Source of the DNA: Eledone cirrhosa
Lineage: Eukaryota
Reading direction: 5' to 3'
Length of the DNA stretch: 64,000 nucleotides
Assembly: GCA_964016885.1 (NCBI GenBank)
Contig: OZ024749.1
Coordinates: forward strand, 40,486,001 to 40,550,000
The notes under the pieces are model-generated. The model was not told where the DNA came from. It ran no database searches and was given only the letters and a program-made list of their open reading frames with translations. How positions within the stretch are numbered: position 1 is the stretch's first letter; each line of letters opens with the position of its first letter. A program made the position numbers and the translations under genes. This document shows positions 15,220 through 29,232 of the stretch, in pieces.

Positions 15220-15725
15220 ACATACATACATACATACATACATACATACATACATACATACATACGTACATACATACATACATACATACATACATACATA
15301 CATACATACGTGCGCACGTATAATATATCGTAAAACAGCTGTATGTTTATACAGTAAACATGTAGAGACAGTATAGTTATCTATGAACAATAATTAGTGT
15401 GAGAAGTTGGCGGCCATTTCTGATTCACACTACTGTTATGACGGTTCATTGGGGACTGACTACAATCTGTATTAGATTGGATACGTGGGGGTGGGGGAGA
15501 GGGAAGAGGGGATATATGTTGGGGGGGGGGATACGTGTGTGTGTGTGAGAGAGAGAGGGAGGTATTGAGAGAGAGAATTATGTGTGTGCGTATATATATA
15601 TATATATATATATACATTTAGTCGATAATATTGACCCTAGTGTTTGATATATATATATATATATATATATATGAATGTATGTATATATGTATATATATAT
15701 ATATATATATGAATGTATGTATGTA

Positions 15726-15776
<51 letters not shown>

Positions 15777-15847
15777 ATATATATATATATATATATGAAT
15801 GTATGTATGTATATATGTATATATATATATATATATATATGAATGTA

Positions 15848-15929
<82 letters not shown>

Positions 15930-16051
15930 TACATACATACATTCTAAAGAGCTTTGCTAACTTGTGAGATGGTAGTGTGGATTTGGTGCGTCTACAGTCG
16001 ATAATATCGACCCCAGTGTTTGATATATATATATATACATACATACATACA

Positions 16052-16107
<56 letters not shown>

Positions 16108-16123
16108 TGAATGTATGTATGTA

Positions 16124-16185
<62 letters not shown>

Positions 16186-16195
16186 CATACATACA

Positions 16196-16275
<80 letters not shown>

Positions 16276-16291
16276 TACATACATACATTCA

Positions 16292-16347
<56 letters not shown>

Positions 16348-16369
16348 TGTATGTATGTATGTATATATA

Positions 16370-16477
16370 TATAAACGTTTGAATATGTGTAATGAGGCCA
16401 AAACAATGCAGGTATGGACATAGTTATGTCCATACCTGCATTGTTTTGGCCTCATTACACATATTCAAACGTTTATA
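16370..16477. repeat. Perfect fold-back hairpin next to (TA)n
   Basis: ~52-bp arms taaacgtttgaatatgtgtaatgaggccaaaacaatgcaggtatggacata and its reverse complement. Followed by cacaatgcttcaag, which resembles the Penelope 3' end at ~25300. Confidence 0.9.
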
Positions 16478-16516
16478 CCTCATTACACAATGCTTCAAGT
16501 GAACTATAACCTCCTC

Positions 16517-16552
<36 letters not shown>

Positions 16553-16609
16553 AACACTGGGGTCGATATTATCGACTGTAGATGCACCAACTCCACACTA
16601 CCATCTCAC

Positions 16610-16975
16610 AAGTTAGCAAAGGTCTTTAGACCGGCACTGTCTAAACCGGCAATTCTATCGACACTATTCTACAGTGAAGTTAGCAAAGATGTTTAGTCCG
16701 GCACTGTATGAACTGGCAATTCTATAAAAACTACTCTATAGGAAAGTTAGCAAAGGAGTTTAGTCCGGAACAGTATAAACCGGCAATTCTATAGAACTAC
16801 ACTACAGGGAAGTTAGCAAAGATGTTTAGTCCGGCATTGTATGAACCGACAATTATATAAAAACTACTCTACAAGGAACTTAGCAAAAATGTTTAGTCCG
16901 GCACTGTATAAACCGGCAATTCTATAGACACTACTCTACAGGGAAGTTAGCAAAAATGTTTAGTCCGGCACTGTA
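16610..16975. repeat. ~67-bp minisatellite, ~6 copies
   Basis: Recurrent agttagcaaa...tttagtccggcactgtat...ggcaattctata. Confidence 0.85.
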
Positions 16976-17388
16976 TCTATCTCTTCTTAGACGGTGTTAA
17001 CAATAATTATGACTATTTACAAGCCAGAGGAAAGATTGTTAAAATAATTACTAAAGACATGTAACCATGTCATCTTCCATGATGAATCCTTTGTATGACC
17101 GAACAAAACATAGCGACACCTGCCGCCATTTTGATTCGGCTATTTATTTACTTGTCTGGTCAGGTTGTAACTAAAAATGACACAACAACACTGCTTTCTT
17201 TTTTTTTTGGTACTTCTTGTTGTTGTTGATATTGTTGTTGTGGTTGTTGTTGTGGTGGTGGTGGTGGTGGTGGTGGTGGTGGTGGTGGTGGTGGTGGTGG
17301 TGGTGGTGGTGGTGGTGGTGGTGGTGGTGGTGGTGGTGGTAGTGGTGGTGGTGCCGGTGGCTGGGGGGGGTTACATTGTTGTTGATGC

Positions 17389-17449
<61 letters not shown>

Positions 17450-17665
17450 ATTGATGGTGGTGGTGGGGGTTGCGGTGGTGATGGTGTTGATGGTATTGTT
17501 GTTGGACGTGGTGGTGATGGTGTTGTTGTTATTGTATTGTTGATGTTGTTGATGTTGTCGTTGTTAGTGATGGGGTGGTTGTGGTGGTGATGGTGTTGTT
17601 GTTGTTGGTGGTGGTGGTGGTGGTGTTGTTGTTGTTGGTGGTGGTGGTGGTGGTGGTGGTTGTGG

Positions 17666-17696
<31 letters not shown>

Positions 17697-17853
17697 GGTG
17701 ATGGTAGTTGTTACATTATTGTTGTTGTTACTATTGTTGTCGATGTTTGTGGTAGCGATGGTGATGGTGGTGATGATGATGATGTTAGTAGTAGTGTTGT
17801 TTTTTACTTTGTTGTTGTTATTTTGTTCTTGTTAATTTATTATAGTTCTTGCT

Positions 17854-17885
<32 letters not shown>

Positions 17886-17989
17886 GCCTTTTTTCATTTG
17901 TTTCTTTGAAGATTCAGTTTCGACTTGAAATTCTTTAGACGGGAGTTTGTTAACCTTTCCTTGTTCTGTATTCCGAGACACACAGACAC

Positions 17990-18878
17990 ACACCACCCAA
18001 CCAGCCAACTATGCAGACACACGGACAGACAGACACCCACCACCCAGATACCCAACCACCCAGGCACACAAACACACAACCACCAAAGTACGCAGACATT
18101 CAAACACCCAACCACCCAACCACCCAGATTACTAACCATCCAGACACTCAACCACCTAGATACCCAACCACCCAACCACCCAACCACCCAGATACCCAAC
18201 CACCCAACCACCCAGATACCCAACCACCCAACCACCCAACCACCCAACCACCCAACCACCCAGATACCCAACCACCCAACCACCCAACCACCCAACCACT
18301 CAGATACCCAACCACCCAACCAGCCAGATACCCAACTATCCAGACACTCAACCACCTAGATACCCAACCACACAACCACCCAACCACCCAACCACCCAGA
18401 TACGCAACCACCCAACCACCCAGATACCCAACCACACAACCACCCAACCACCCAACCACCCAACCACCCAACCACCCAGATACCCAACCACCCAACCACC
18501 TAGATACCCAACCACCCAACCAGCCAGATACCCAACCATCCAGACACTCAACCACCTAGATACCCAACCACCCAACCACCCAGATACCCAACTATCCAGA
18601 CACTCAACCACCTAGATACCCAACCACCCAACCACCCAGATACCCAACCACCCAACCACCCAGATACCCAACTATCCAGACACTCAACCACCCAGATACC
18701 CAACCACCCAACCACCCAACCACCCAGATATCCAACCACCCAACCATCCAGACACTCAACCACCCAACCACCCAACCACCCAGATAGCCAACCACCCAAC
18801 CACCCAACCACCCAACCACCCAACCACCCAGATACCCAACCACCCAACCACCCAACCACCCAACCACCCAACCACCCA
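17990..18878. repeat. (CCAACCAC)n/(CCAGATAC) compound satellite
   Basis: Direct reading of the sequence. Confidence 0.9.
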
Positions 18879-19125
18879 GTTGGCTCATCAGGCCGATGCT
18901 TATTCCGGTTTCCGAGGTGTGAAGCGACTGAGGGTACAAGACTTCCCCCCTGTACAGAGATAAACCCCCAGCTATTGCTGGTACTCATTTTCAGCTGAGT
19001 ATACTGGAGCAACATGAAATGAAGTGTTTTGCTTAAGAACAAAACACGCAACCCGGTCCAGGAATCGAACCCATGACATAATGATCGTAAGTCCAACACC
19101 CTTACCACTAGGCCCCGCGCCTCAA
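18878..19125 (-). mobile_element. tRNA-derived SINE family 2
   Basis: Minus strand shows an A box (gcctagtggtaagg), a B box (gggttcgattcc) and a conserved body. Second copy at 60585-60868; fragments at ~48625-48730 and ~49270-49330. Confidence 0.8.
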
Positions 19126-19998
19126 CTGTGAGTGTGTGGGAATAAGAACACCGCCAAAGCACCCACTAGCCACCACTTTAACAACTACACCCATTTAGCT
19201 CCCATTTAATACCACTAGTTCTCTATATGACAACCATTGTTATGTGCTGCATGTTTCGGACAAAGGGCTATTTCTCACAAATATAGCTTGAAGGTCACAA
19301 AATATTCACATATCCTGACAAATCGCAAAATGAAACTGCCAGTCACCAAGAAACATTGATATTTCTAATTCTCAATACCATTGAACAACTCTGTATCATA
19401 GACAACCTATATATTTCCAGGGGTACTTAGTACCCGTGGGCATATTAACTTCATTTAATATTCTCCGTTATGTAGAGAACAAATCTGTTGTTCTATTTGG
19501 CTGCTATTTTTAGTGGTGGAGTAGACAACACGTCTATGTTTACTTCCGCTTTTGCTACGGACTGGTTCATGTACAGGTCAAATTTTGGCCTCATTCGATC
19601 CTGTGCTAGCTAGCAGATGGCAAAATATTTTGCCGTTCCTGGGACTTTTGTCATAGGAAAGGAAAATGCTCTCTGATGATCTTGACTTTTCCACTGGAGG
19701 TCCACATGGATTTCTAGTGTTTTGTGAAGTGAAACCGATCGGTAAAAGCAACTGGAGTAGGTAAATATTAAAATTATATTTTTTAATTTATTTTATAAAG
19801 TTGTTTGAATTTTGCTTGTTCTGCTTATCTCAATACATATATATATATATATATATATGTAGAAGTTCTATTTAAATTGTTGGGATACAACAAGCAAATA
19901 TTTTTATAACTGATATAAAGCACTCAACAAATTATTGAAGTAAAAATACGATATATTAACAAATGGAAACTATATTTATAAAACCATATTTGTTTCAT

Positions 19999-20047
19999 TA
20001 TACATATTTCAAGGACACCAAGTCAAATTATGGTGCACTTTCATCAG
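19999..20047 (-). ncRNA. Hammerhead ribozyme motif
   Basis: CTGATGA-AAG-tGCACC..GGTGTc-CTT-GAAAT-ATGT-ATA. Helix II covaries with the copy at 54246-54294. Confidence 0.75.
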
Positions 20048-20229
20048 ATAAAATATAATATAGATCAGTTTTATAAATAAATATTGACATTCCCTTAAAG
20101 AATGCGACCATTTCTGTTGGAAGCTCCCGGATAGTGGGGTTATTAAATTTATTTAGTCTATTATGCAAATTACTGTCGGATATGTTTAAATCACAGTAGA
20201 TTTAAAATAAGCCGTTGGATATATATATA

Positions 20230-20365
20230 TATATATATAGCGAGGGAAAAGTGGTAAGGAACCAGGTGGACGCACCAAAGTACTCAATACTTAGGGTAGT
20301 AGAGTGGGTAATAGGAGTAAGTAAGACCCCGACGGCTGAGCTCAGCCGTCGGGGTCTTACTTACT

Positions 20366-20370
<5 letters not shown>
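20230..20370. mobile_element. Penelope-type terminal module (family B) with a 60-bp perfect palindrome
   Basis: Palindrome 20311-20370 is centred on GAGCTC. Related copies at 24466-24610, 48740-48880 and 62774-62830, all adjacent to (TA)n. Confidence 0.65.
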
Positions 20371-20434
<64 letters not shown>

Positions 20435-20496
20435 CAAAGAGGGTGTGGTAAGATACTAGGTGGACTATAGCGCACCAGAGTACTCAATACTTAGGG

Positions 20497-20970
20497 TTTT
20501 CACCGGGGATCTGCTCATGCGTACTTTCTTCTGACGAGGAGAATTTTTCGTGTCCAATCCTCATTTTGTCTCCGGATTATACTTGAACACACATGTTTCA
20601 TCTCTTGTTATTACTTTCTCCAAGAAATTTGGCTCAATTTCGAGTCTTTCTAGCAAATCCTGACAAATTTCCAACCAATTCTCTTTTTGCTCTACAGACA
20701 AGTGTTTGGGTAGTAATTTTGCACAAATTTTTCGCATGTGCTAATGGTCCGTTACTATTCTGTACACTGTATTTTTATCCAAGCCCGCATCTACATTTTG
20801 TTCATTTATTGACAAGATTAGCCTTTCTGAACGAGGATCGTCTGCAAAAAAAAACCTCACTTCTCGATAGCGTGGCATTTCCATATGCTTGTGTTAACAA
20901 ATCAAATGGTTCAGTGGCAGAGTTTCACATAAGCTTTGATCGCGTGACGTTGTTCGATATTTTCCTGCAT
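20497..20970 (-). pseudogene. Mariner transposase N-terminal remnant
   Basis: Minus-strand translation MQENIEQRHAIK...DDPRS...MRKICAKLLPKHL...FLEKVITRDETC (WVPxxL and TGDETW equivalents), with stops and frameshifts. Confidence 0.85.
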
Positions 20971-21257
20971 TCTAAATATAACAAAGCTTATATACCTACC
21001 TATAGATAAACAGCAATAACTCACGACAGACTCAATCGATCATGTTGAAACTAGTATGTACATGAAGCCAAGTTCGTAACTAACATCTCTATATACATCA
21101 ACAAGATTTTACCATGTAGTACATGTAGTATATAGGAAAATCACTACCCTTACTTTTGGGATAAACCTCACATATATATATATATATCCAGCAATAATAC
21201 TAACGCAGAAAACACGTGTATATGAAGGTTACGTAAGTACTATCAGTTATTTGCGTG

Positions 21258-21384
<127 letters not shown>

Positions 21385-21501
21385 TTGTATATATATATAT
21401 GTATATATGTATATGTGTATATGTGTGTATATATATGTGTGTGTATGTGTATGTATGTATATATATACGTATATATGTATATGTGTATATATATATATAT
21501 A

Positions 21502-21533
<32 letters not shown>

Positions 21534-22087
21534 CCCAACATGCTGAACATACGTGTATATGATGGCTATTTGAGTACCATCAGTTATTTATATATATATA
21601 CCAACATATGCGTGTGTGTGTGTCTGTATGTACGTATGTATGTGGGTGTATGTGTCTATATGTGTATATGTGTGTATATATGTGTATATGTGTGTGTGTA
21701 TATGTGTGTATATGTGTGTGTATATGTGTATGTAATAGCCTCATCAGTTATATCTGTGTATACACACATAACAGAAGCAGTTTACGTCCATTGCTTTCCT
21801 TGCTTTCGTCTCTGAGAAATAACTGACATTCCGTCTTTCAAACGTTGATTAACTTTCTTTCAAAGCCAGCCACCTAATACATGTAGTGAGAACATTATCG
21901 CTGCCTCTATCTTCTTACCACACACAAACAAACATACACACGTACACACACACACACCCAATAACCCCCCACCCACCCACACACACACACAAACACACAC
22001 ACATACAGACACACACACACACAGGCGTGTGTGTGTGTGCGTACGTGTGGGTGTGTGTACGTGTGTGTTTGTGTAAGTATGTATGTA

Positions 22088-22133
<46 letters not shown>

Positions 22134-22140
22134 AGTTTGG

Positions 22141-22179
<39 letters not shown>

Positions 22180-22198
22180 AGTTTGTGTATATATATAC

Positions 22199-22262
<64 letters not shown>

Positions 22263-22404
22263 CATTATATGTATATATATATAATATAATATAATATATA
22301 TATACATACATATATATATATATGTAAATATATGTGTGTGTGTGCGCGCGCGCGTGTGTGTGTGTGTATTACATTATATGTATATATATATATATATAAT
22401 ATAT

Positions 22405-22482
<78 letters not shown>

Positions 22483-22919
22483 TTAATAACACTGCTCCAC
22501 TCATACTGCCACTCAGAATACGAGCTTGTATAAAATGCTTTGATGGCTTTGTGTGTTAAAACCCTAAATACACAAGATGTATTCTCCAAATACTTCTTAT
22601 TTTACTGCCAGACCCTCACCTAAATATATGTTATCTAATTATTCAATCAATTGTGCTTGTTGACATGCGAGGCACAATAAGAGAGAAACCCTTCTCGCCA
22701 GGATAAGGCGATAGTCTCTATTAGAGGTAATTTTCACACATATTCTAGCATCTATTCTCCATACTTTCATGAAGTGGATCAATGAATGATGTGTTATGAT
22801 CAACATAGAATTTCATAAAATTATTGGTGTTGGGGTAGTAAAGTTCTTAGAACAAAATCACTTGTGGTATTTGTTCCGGCTCTTTGCTATTTGAGCTCAA
22901 ATCTCTCGAAGTCAACATG

Positions 22920-23640
22920 GTCCAATTGCGATGGAACTTAAGACCCCGTTGTTCGAAGACAACATAACTCAAGATATTAACACAGTGTGACGGGACTTAA
23001 GAGTATGTTGTTCGAAGTCAACTGGGCCTAAGTTATCAGATAGTAAGATGGAACTTAAGACCCCGTTGTTCGAAGACAACATAACTCAAGATATTAACAC
23101 AGTGTGACGGGACTTAAGAGTATGTTGTTCGAAGTCAACTGGGCCTAAGTTATCAGATAGTAAGATGGAACTTAAGACCCCGTTGTTCGAAGACAACATA
23201 ACTCAAGATATTAACACAGTGTGACGGGACTTAAGAGTATGTTGTTCGAAGTCAACTGGGCCTAAGTTATCAGATAGTAAGATGGAACTTAAGACCACGA
23301 CGTTTTAAGTTAAGTTGGCCCAAGATATCAACAGTGGTTGGATTTATGACTACAAGGTTTTAGGTAAACTTGGCCCACGGTGAGATGGAACTTATGGCCA
23401 CGAGGTTTTAGGTCAACTTGGCCCAAGATATCAACACAGTGTGATAGGACTTAAGACTACGAGGTTTTAGGTCAACTTGGCCCAAGATATTAAGACAGTG
23501 TGATAGGACTTAAGAGCACGTTGTTCGAAGTCAACTTAGCCTAAATTATCCACACAATAAGATGGAACGAGGTTTGATGTCAACTTGGCCCAAGATATCA
23601 ACACAGTGTAGTGGGATTTATGACTATGGTGTTGTGAAGA
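22920..23640. repeat. 117-bp higher-order repeat (dimer of a ~58-bp monomer)
   Basis: gatggaacttaagacc at 22930, 23047, 23164 and 23281, decaying into monomers downstream. Confidence 0.85.
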
Positions 23641-24410
23641 AGACATATTCTTAAGTATACAACCTTTATTTCTTAATTTCTACATCGTCGCTCATTCCTT
23701 CTCTCTGTATGTGTGTGTTTGTGTGCATGTATATACGTGTACGTGTGTATGCCTCTCACTCCTCTCTCTCTCTCTCCACAGTACCCACTCCCCACAGTAC
23801 CCACCCCCACAAAACTACCCCCACACACACAGTACCCACCACTCCCTACAGTCCATACTCCCCAAAACCACAGTCCTCACCCCCACCACCCCCCACCCCC
23901 ACAGTACCCACCACTCTCCACAGTACCCACCACTCTCCACAAGACCCATTCAACTAAACCACTGCCCCCCCCCCCCCCCAGTATCCCCCCCACCCTCACA
24001 GTCCCTACTCCCCAAAACCACCGCCTCCACCCCCACCCTCACAATACCCACTCACCTAAACCGCACAGTACCCACCACTCCCCACACTACCCACCACTCC
24101 CCACAATACCCACCCCACTAAACCACTGTCACAGCATCCCCCTCCCCCTAAACCACTGTCCCTACCCCCAACTGCTACAAGAATTTATCATGTAGATGTC
24201 AACAGGTGCAGCGTTCTCACCACACAGCTGCAGGACAGACTTTCACACACGCTGTCACACTGCACATTTTGATATATTTATGTATATGTGGGTGTGGGTG
24301 TGTCTGTGTGCGTGTGCATGTATGTGTGTATGTGTGTGTGTCTGTCTCTGTGTGTGCGTGTGTATGTGTGTGTGCGTGTGCATATATATGTATATGTATT
24401 TATATGTATA

Positions 24411-24468
<58 letters not shown>

Positions 24469-24609
24469 AACAAGTATGACCCCGACGGCAGAGCTCAAGC
24501 CGTTTCGACGACTAATTCTGAACTTGTTCCTATTACCCACTCTACTACCCTAAGTATTGAGTACTTTGGTGCGTTATGGTCCATCTGGTTCCTTACCACA
24601 TTTCCTTCG

Positions 24610-24643
<34 letters not shown>

Positions 24644-24719
24644 TGTACAAATAGGTGTGTATATGCATATAAATATACATATATAACCAAAATTATTATA
24701 TATATATATATATATAGGT

Positions 24720-24915
24720 AAGATATTCCGGGTTGAATCGGAGGTAACCACAGTAAGTAAGGTACTCAATACATAGCAGAGTATAAAAGTTTTAATATAG
24801 ATGAGATTCTACAGGACTAGAACTGTTTCATTCTTTAGAAATCATCAGGAATCATCTGATGATTTCTAAAGAATGAAACAGTTCTAGTCCTGTAGAATCT
24901 CATCTATAATTTCTA
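24720..24915. mobile_element. Fold-back Penelope-type terminal module (family A) carrying two hammerheads
   Basis: Inverted arms ~24796-24907. CTGATGA-T-TTC-taaa-GAA-T-GAAAC-agttcta-GTC at 24856-24889 (+) and 24815-24848 (-). Confidence 0.7.
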
Positions 24916-24925
24916 TACTTTCATT

Positions 24926-24977
<52 letters not shown>

Positions 24978-25007
24978 ATAATTTTATATTTTATATATAT
25001 ATGTATA

Positions 25008-25329
25008 TAATATTTTTCTCCCCATAACGGCATTCCTGTCTTAACGACATCACAACTTTCTCCGCTTAGCCTGTTCCCCCCCCCCCCCCCTTTTGGAACT
25101 TTTCCCCCGTTGATGGGCGTGAGCCCGAAATATTGGGATTAAATCTCCACTACGGTAACCCTTCTACCTTTGTTTTGTTTTCATCTTTGTCTCTCTCAAT
25201 TTTCACTTTCACCTGTTTTTCCTATCTATATTTCACTTCCTACCTCGAGATTTCCCTCTGCATTGTTGTGGCTTTCTTAAATACGTATTTTACACATTTC
25301 ACAATGCTTCAAGCAAACTTTAACACCCT

Positions 25330-25333
<4 letters not shown>
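25008..25333 (+). mobile_element. Solo 3' end (pLTR) of the Penelope element at 32165-34296
   Basis: Near-identical to 34020-34292, extends to acaccctctta, and is flanked by (TA)n. Confidence 0.9.
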
Positions 25334-25406
<73 letters not shown>

Positions 25407-25522
25407 GCATCAAACAATTACTGGGGATAATTTGTAAAGAGTGTAAACACACATAGTTATGTATATATATATATACGTAGATTTATATGCATATATATAT
25501 AATATATATACGTAGATATACG

Positions 25523-25559
<37 letters not shown>

Positions 25560-25649
25560 GTACATATATGTATAATATTATAATAAAATGACAGGAGGTT
25601 GGACTTGTGTAAATCCTTGAAAGGTTTATTATTCTATGATCATCTCAAT

Positions 25650-25684
25650 GACCGGGTTCCGTATGAATCCGGTGATATCATCAG
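25650..25684 (-). ncRNA. Degenerate hammerhead motif
   Basis: CTGATGA-TAT..ATAC-GGAAC-CCG-GTC followed by AATAAA. The core GAAA is mutated to GGAA. Confidence 0.5.
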
Positions 25685-25879
25685 GTATACGAAATCTAAT
25701 AAATGAATGTAATAGATAAAATCAATGGGGCTGGACGACCGACATCTAGCATCTTCCACTTTTGCCGGTGGCCCTCAACTGCTTTACGTTGAGTACTCTC
25801 CATATTATTACATTAAGATTGACCATACGGAATTGACCAGCTCTATCCAATGGTGAACCTCAAACCTGAATACATATAT

Positions 25880-25919
<40 letters not shown>

Positions 25920-26149
25920 GTGTGTGTGTGTCTGTGTGTTTACAAACACACACAGTGTTCAAGTCCAGTAAACTTGAGGTCCGGTCGAACGGAGTGTGCC
26001 CAATGATTTACCAGCTGTTACATATACATTCATACCGTATACCCTTTTACTCTATTGCTGGTTTCAAACGTTGGACTACGACCATACTATGACTGAGTGA
26101 TGTGTGGTGGGGGGGGGGGGGGGGATCCAGCACTGATACCTATAACATA

Positions 26150-27720
26150 AACACTCAGAAAGATAAAAATGTGCTACCAATGTGGAAAGTAAGGGCCATT
26201 TATAAACCACTATCTATTTATGGATAACCTGAAACTGTTTGGGAATACATAGACTCATTGGTTAAAGCAGTCCAGATAAGTAGCAGTGATATCTGTGGGG
26301 AATTTGGGCTTTCCAAATACTCTGTACTCAACATAAAAAAGGGGGAGAAAGCAGCCTGTAGTAACAACTGCCATCGGGAGAAACCACGGGAGAACCAGAA
26401 AATAGTGACTATAAATAGTTGGGGATCTTAGTGTTAGATGATATTTTGCATGCAGAAATGAAAGAAAAGTTTAGTGGGATATATTTAAACTATATATTTA
26501 AAGTGAGACATTTTTTTTTAAAATCATACTTGGATACGAGAAATCTGGTCACTGTAATGAATATCTGAAGAAGAAATATCAAAATTGTAGAGAAAGACGA
26601 GAAAATTACTGACAATATACGGAGCTTTGTACCCTAAAGCAAATATTAACAGATTGCGCATGAAGAGAAAGAATGGTGGCAGAGGCCGCATCAGTGTGGA
26701 TCAGTGTATTTATAAGGAATGAATGGAGAATGCTTGCAGAATATTTGGTAAACAGTAGCGAAGAGTTGTTGCAATATTCAGCAGAGGATATGGGTATAAA
26801 TGCAATAGAAATGGTCAGAAAAGAAGAGTTTAACCAAAGAGCTGGGGGAAAATGACAAGACCTTCTAGGAATTAGAATGCGTGGTTAATTTGGATATCAG
26901 AGATAAAACAGCACCATGGACATTACTTAAGCAAAGTGATTTGAAACGTGCCGTTGAAAGCTTTATAGTTGCATCGCAAGACCAAGCTCTTGCTGCCAAT
27001 TCGGTGAAGTATAAATATCTACAAAACTTATGATACCCAAAAATGCAGGCTCTGTGGAAAGCAGGTAGAAAACATAATCCACTTGGTAAATGGATGTGAG
27101 AGCCTTGCACAAAAAGAATACAAGCGCCGCCATGATAATATCTGTCTCTACCTCCATTGCCTTTTGTGTCGTAAATACTATGAAGTCATAGAGAATTCTA
27201 ACCTAATCTAATCTGGGTGAGTTTACACTCGCAAATAAGAAGAGCCAGGACCGCCCCCTAGAAGCATTGGATTTGGTGTACTTCATATTTGTTTTGGTTG
27301 CTGAATACAATCAGGGGTTACTGCTTCTCCTGAAGCAATTTGCATTAATCATCCACAAAGCCACATTGTTCTCAGAACCACTAGACCAGTCTTTCGATAC
27401 CTGCAGCTGGAACTACTGCCACCCATTGATTTGGCAGGATTTTTTTTTTTTTTAGATGACCATTGACTCTTATGAGTTCTTCCGGCCTTTGTCGGGTTTT
27501 GTTTTTTGTCCTGCAGGGTGTTCAAAATCACCCTTAAAGGTTGTTCTTTGTAAGGTAATGTAAGAGATATTCTGGGATTATGATCTTCAAACTGATAGTA
27601 TAATTGACCAGACATTGTCGTATTGAACAAGAAAGACAGATACTGTCAGATCATCGATGTGGCCATACCAACTGATAGGAATATTACGAGTAAGGAGATT
27701 GAAAAAAAATCACCAAATAC
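26150..27720 (+). pseudogene. Decayed R4/Dong-like non-LTR retrotransposon (RT C-terminus, CCHC knuckle, RLE endonuclease)
   Basis: Frame fragments LYPKANINRLRMKRKNGGRG, SFIVASQDQAL, KCRLCGKQVENIIHLVNGCESLAQKEYKRRHD and PDIVVLNKKDRYCQIIDVAIP. Confidence 0.8.
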
Positions 27721-28176
27721 TCTGAATTTATTGACTTTATTTATCGACCCTGAAAGGGCAGAAGGCAAAACTTCCTCTGTGGGATTAGTACCCAAACATA
27801 AGACATTTAAATAATAACATTTTAACAACTCTGCCAATTCGTCTCCTTGTGTTTATTGTATTATGTGTTGTATACGTTTTGTATATATGTGTGTAAATAC
27901 TTTCAGTATTAATGTAGCATGTGTGTTTATATATTGGCGATGTATAATATATATATGTGTATATGTATACATGCGTATATGTATGTGCGTATATATGTAT
28001 ATACGTATGTATATATACATATACACACATATATATGTATATATACGTATGTATATATACATATATATATATATTAAAATAACAGATTTCACCCTTAACG
28101 GAATCTTCTTATATAATATATATATTATCCTTATCGAGCCCTCTTCAGATTTTAGTCTTCACATTTATTATTATTA

Positions 28177-28265
<89 letters not shown>

Positions 28266-29093
28266 GAGAGAGAGAGAGATAAATTTGTAGGTATATATAT
28301 ATATATATAGGTGTGTGTGTGTGTATGCATATATATATGTATGTATATATTGTGTGTATATACATACGTATGTATATATTGGGTGTATGTATATGATTTG
28401 TCATCAGGTGTTGTTTCACTTTCTCTTCTTTATTCATTAATGCTATCTTTTTTTTTGTATGTTTTTGCTATTATTACTGTTGTGGTTGTTGCCTCTGTTA
28501 TTGTTACTGTTGTTGTTGTTGCATTTGTTGACGTTGTTGTTGATACTGATGATGATGTTTTTGTGTTTGTCATAGTTGTAGATGTTGTTGTAATGGTTGT
28601 TGTTATAGCTGTTGCTGTTATTGTTGTTGCATCTGTTCATTTAAAATACACACATACACACAACTACACTCACGGCGAAACAGAGATACACACTCTCTCA
28701 ATATCTCACATACACAGAAACACGACACACACAGATACGCACAGACATATTAATACCCACACACATACCCACACACACACAGACACAGACAGTCAGTCAG
28801 ACAGACAGACACAGAGACACACAGACAAACAGAAAGACACAGGAATATCAAAGAAATGATTTCAATGTTTAATTAAAGCTTGTGTTGTTTGTATTCACTT
28901 ACAGAACGGATGTGGGAGGTTGGATTGATTTAGTTTTAATTTGATATCAATCTTTGATATGGAACTAGGTGGGTAGGTAGGTGGGTGGGGGTAGTTAGGG
29001 AGGGAGATAGGGAGATGGGTAGGTAGGTAGGTGGGTGGGTAGGGAGAGAGGTAGGTGGGTAGTTAGGGAGGGAGGTAAGTGGGTAGTTAGGGA

Positions 29094-29232
29094 AGAAGAA
29101 GAAGAAGAAGAAGAAGAAGAAGAAGAAGAAGAAGAAGAAGAAGAAGAAGAAGAAGAAGAAGAAGAAGAAGAAGAAGAAGAAGAAGAAGAAGAAGAAGAAG
29201 AAGAAGAAGAAGAAGAAGAAGAAGAAGAAGAA
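29094..29232. repeat. (GAA)n microsatellite
   Basis: Direct reading of the sequence. Confidence 0.95.

Noticed and set aside
18880-18930. GAAAC...CTGATGAG in the SINE family 2 tail (also ~60812-60845)
   Set aside because: The order and spacing leave no NUH site plus helix I, so it does not fold as a hammerhead.
20531-20550. CTGACGAG hammerhead-like box
   Set aside because: It lies within the antisense of the mariner remnant and has no downstream GAAA or helix III.
20593-21009. 138-aa plus-strand ORF
   Set aside because: Antisense shadow of the minus-strand mariner pseudogene.
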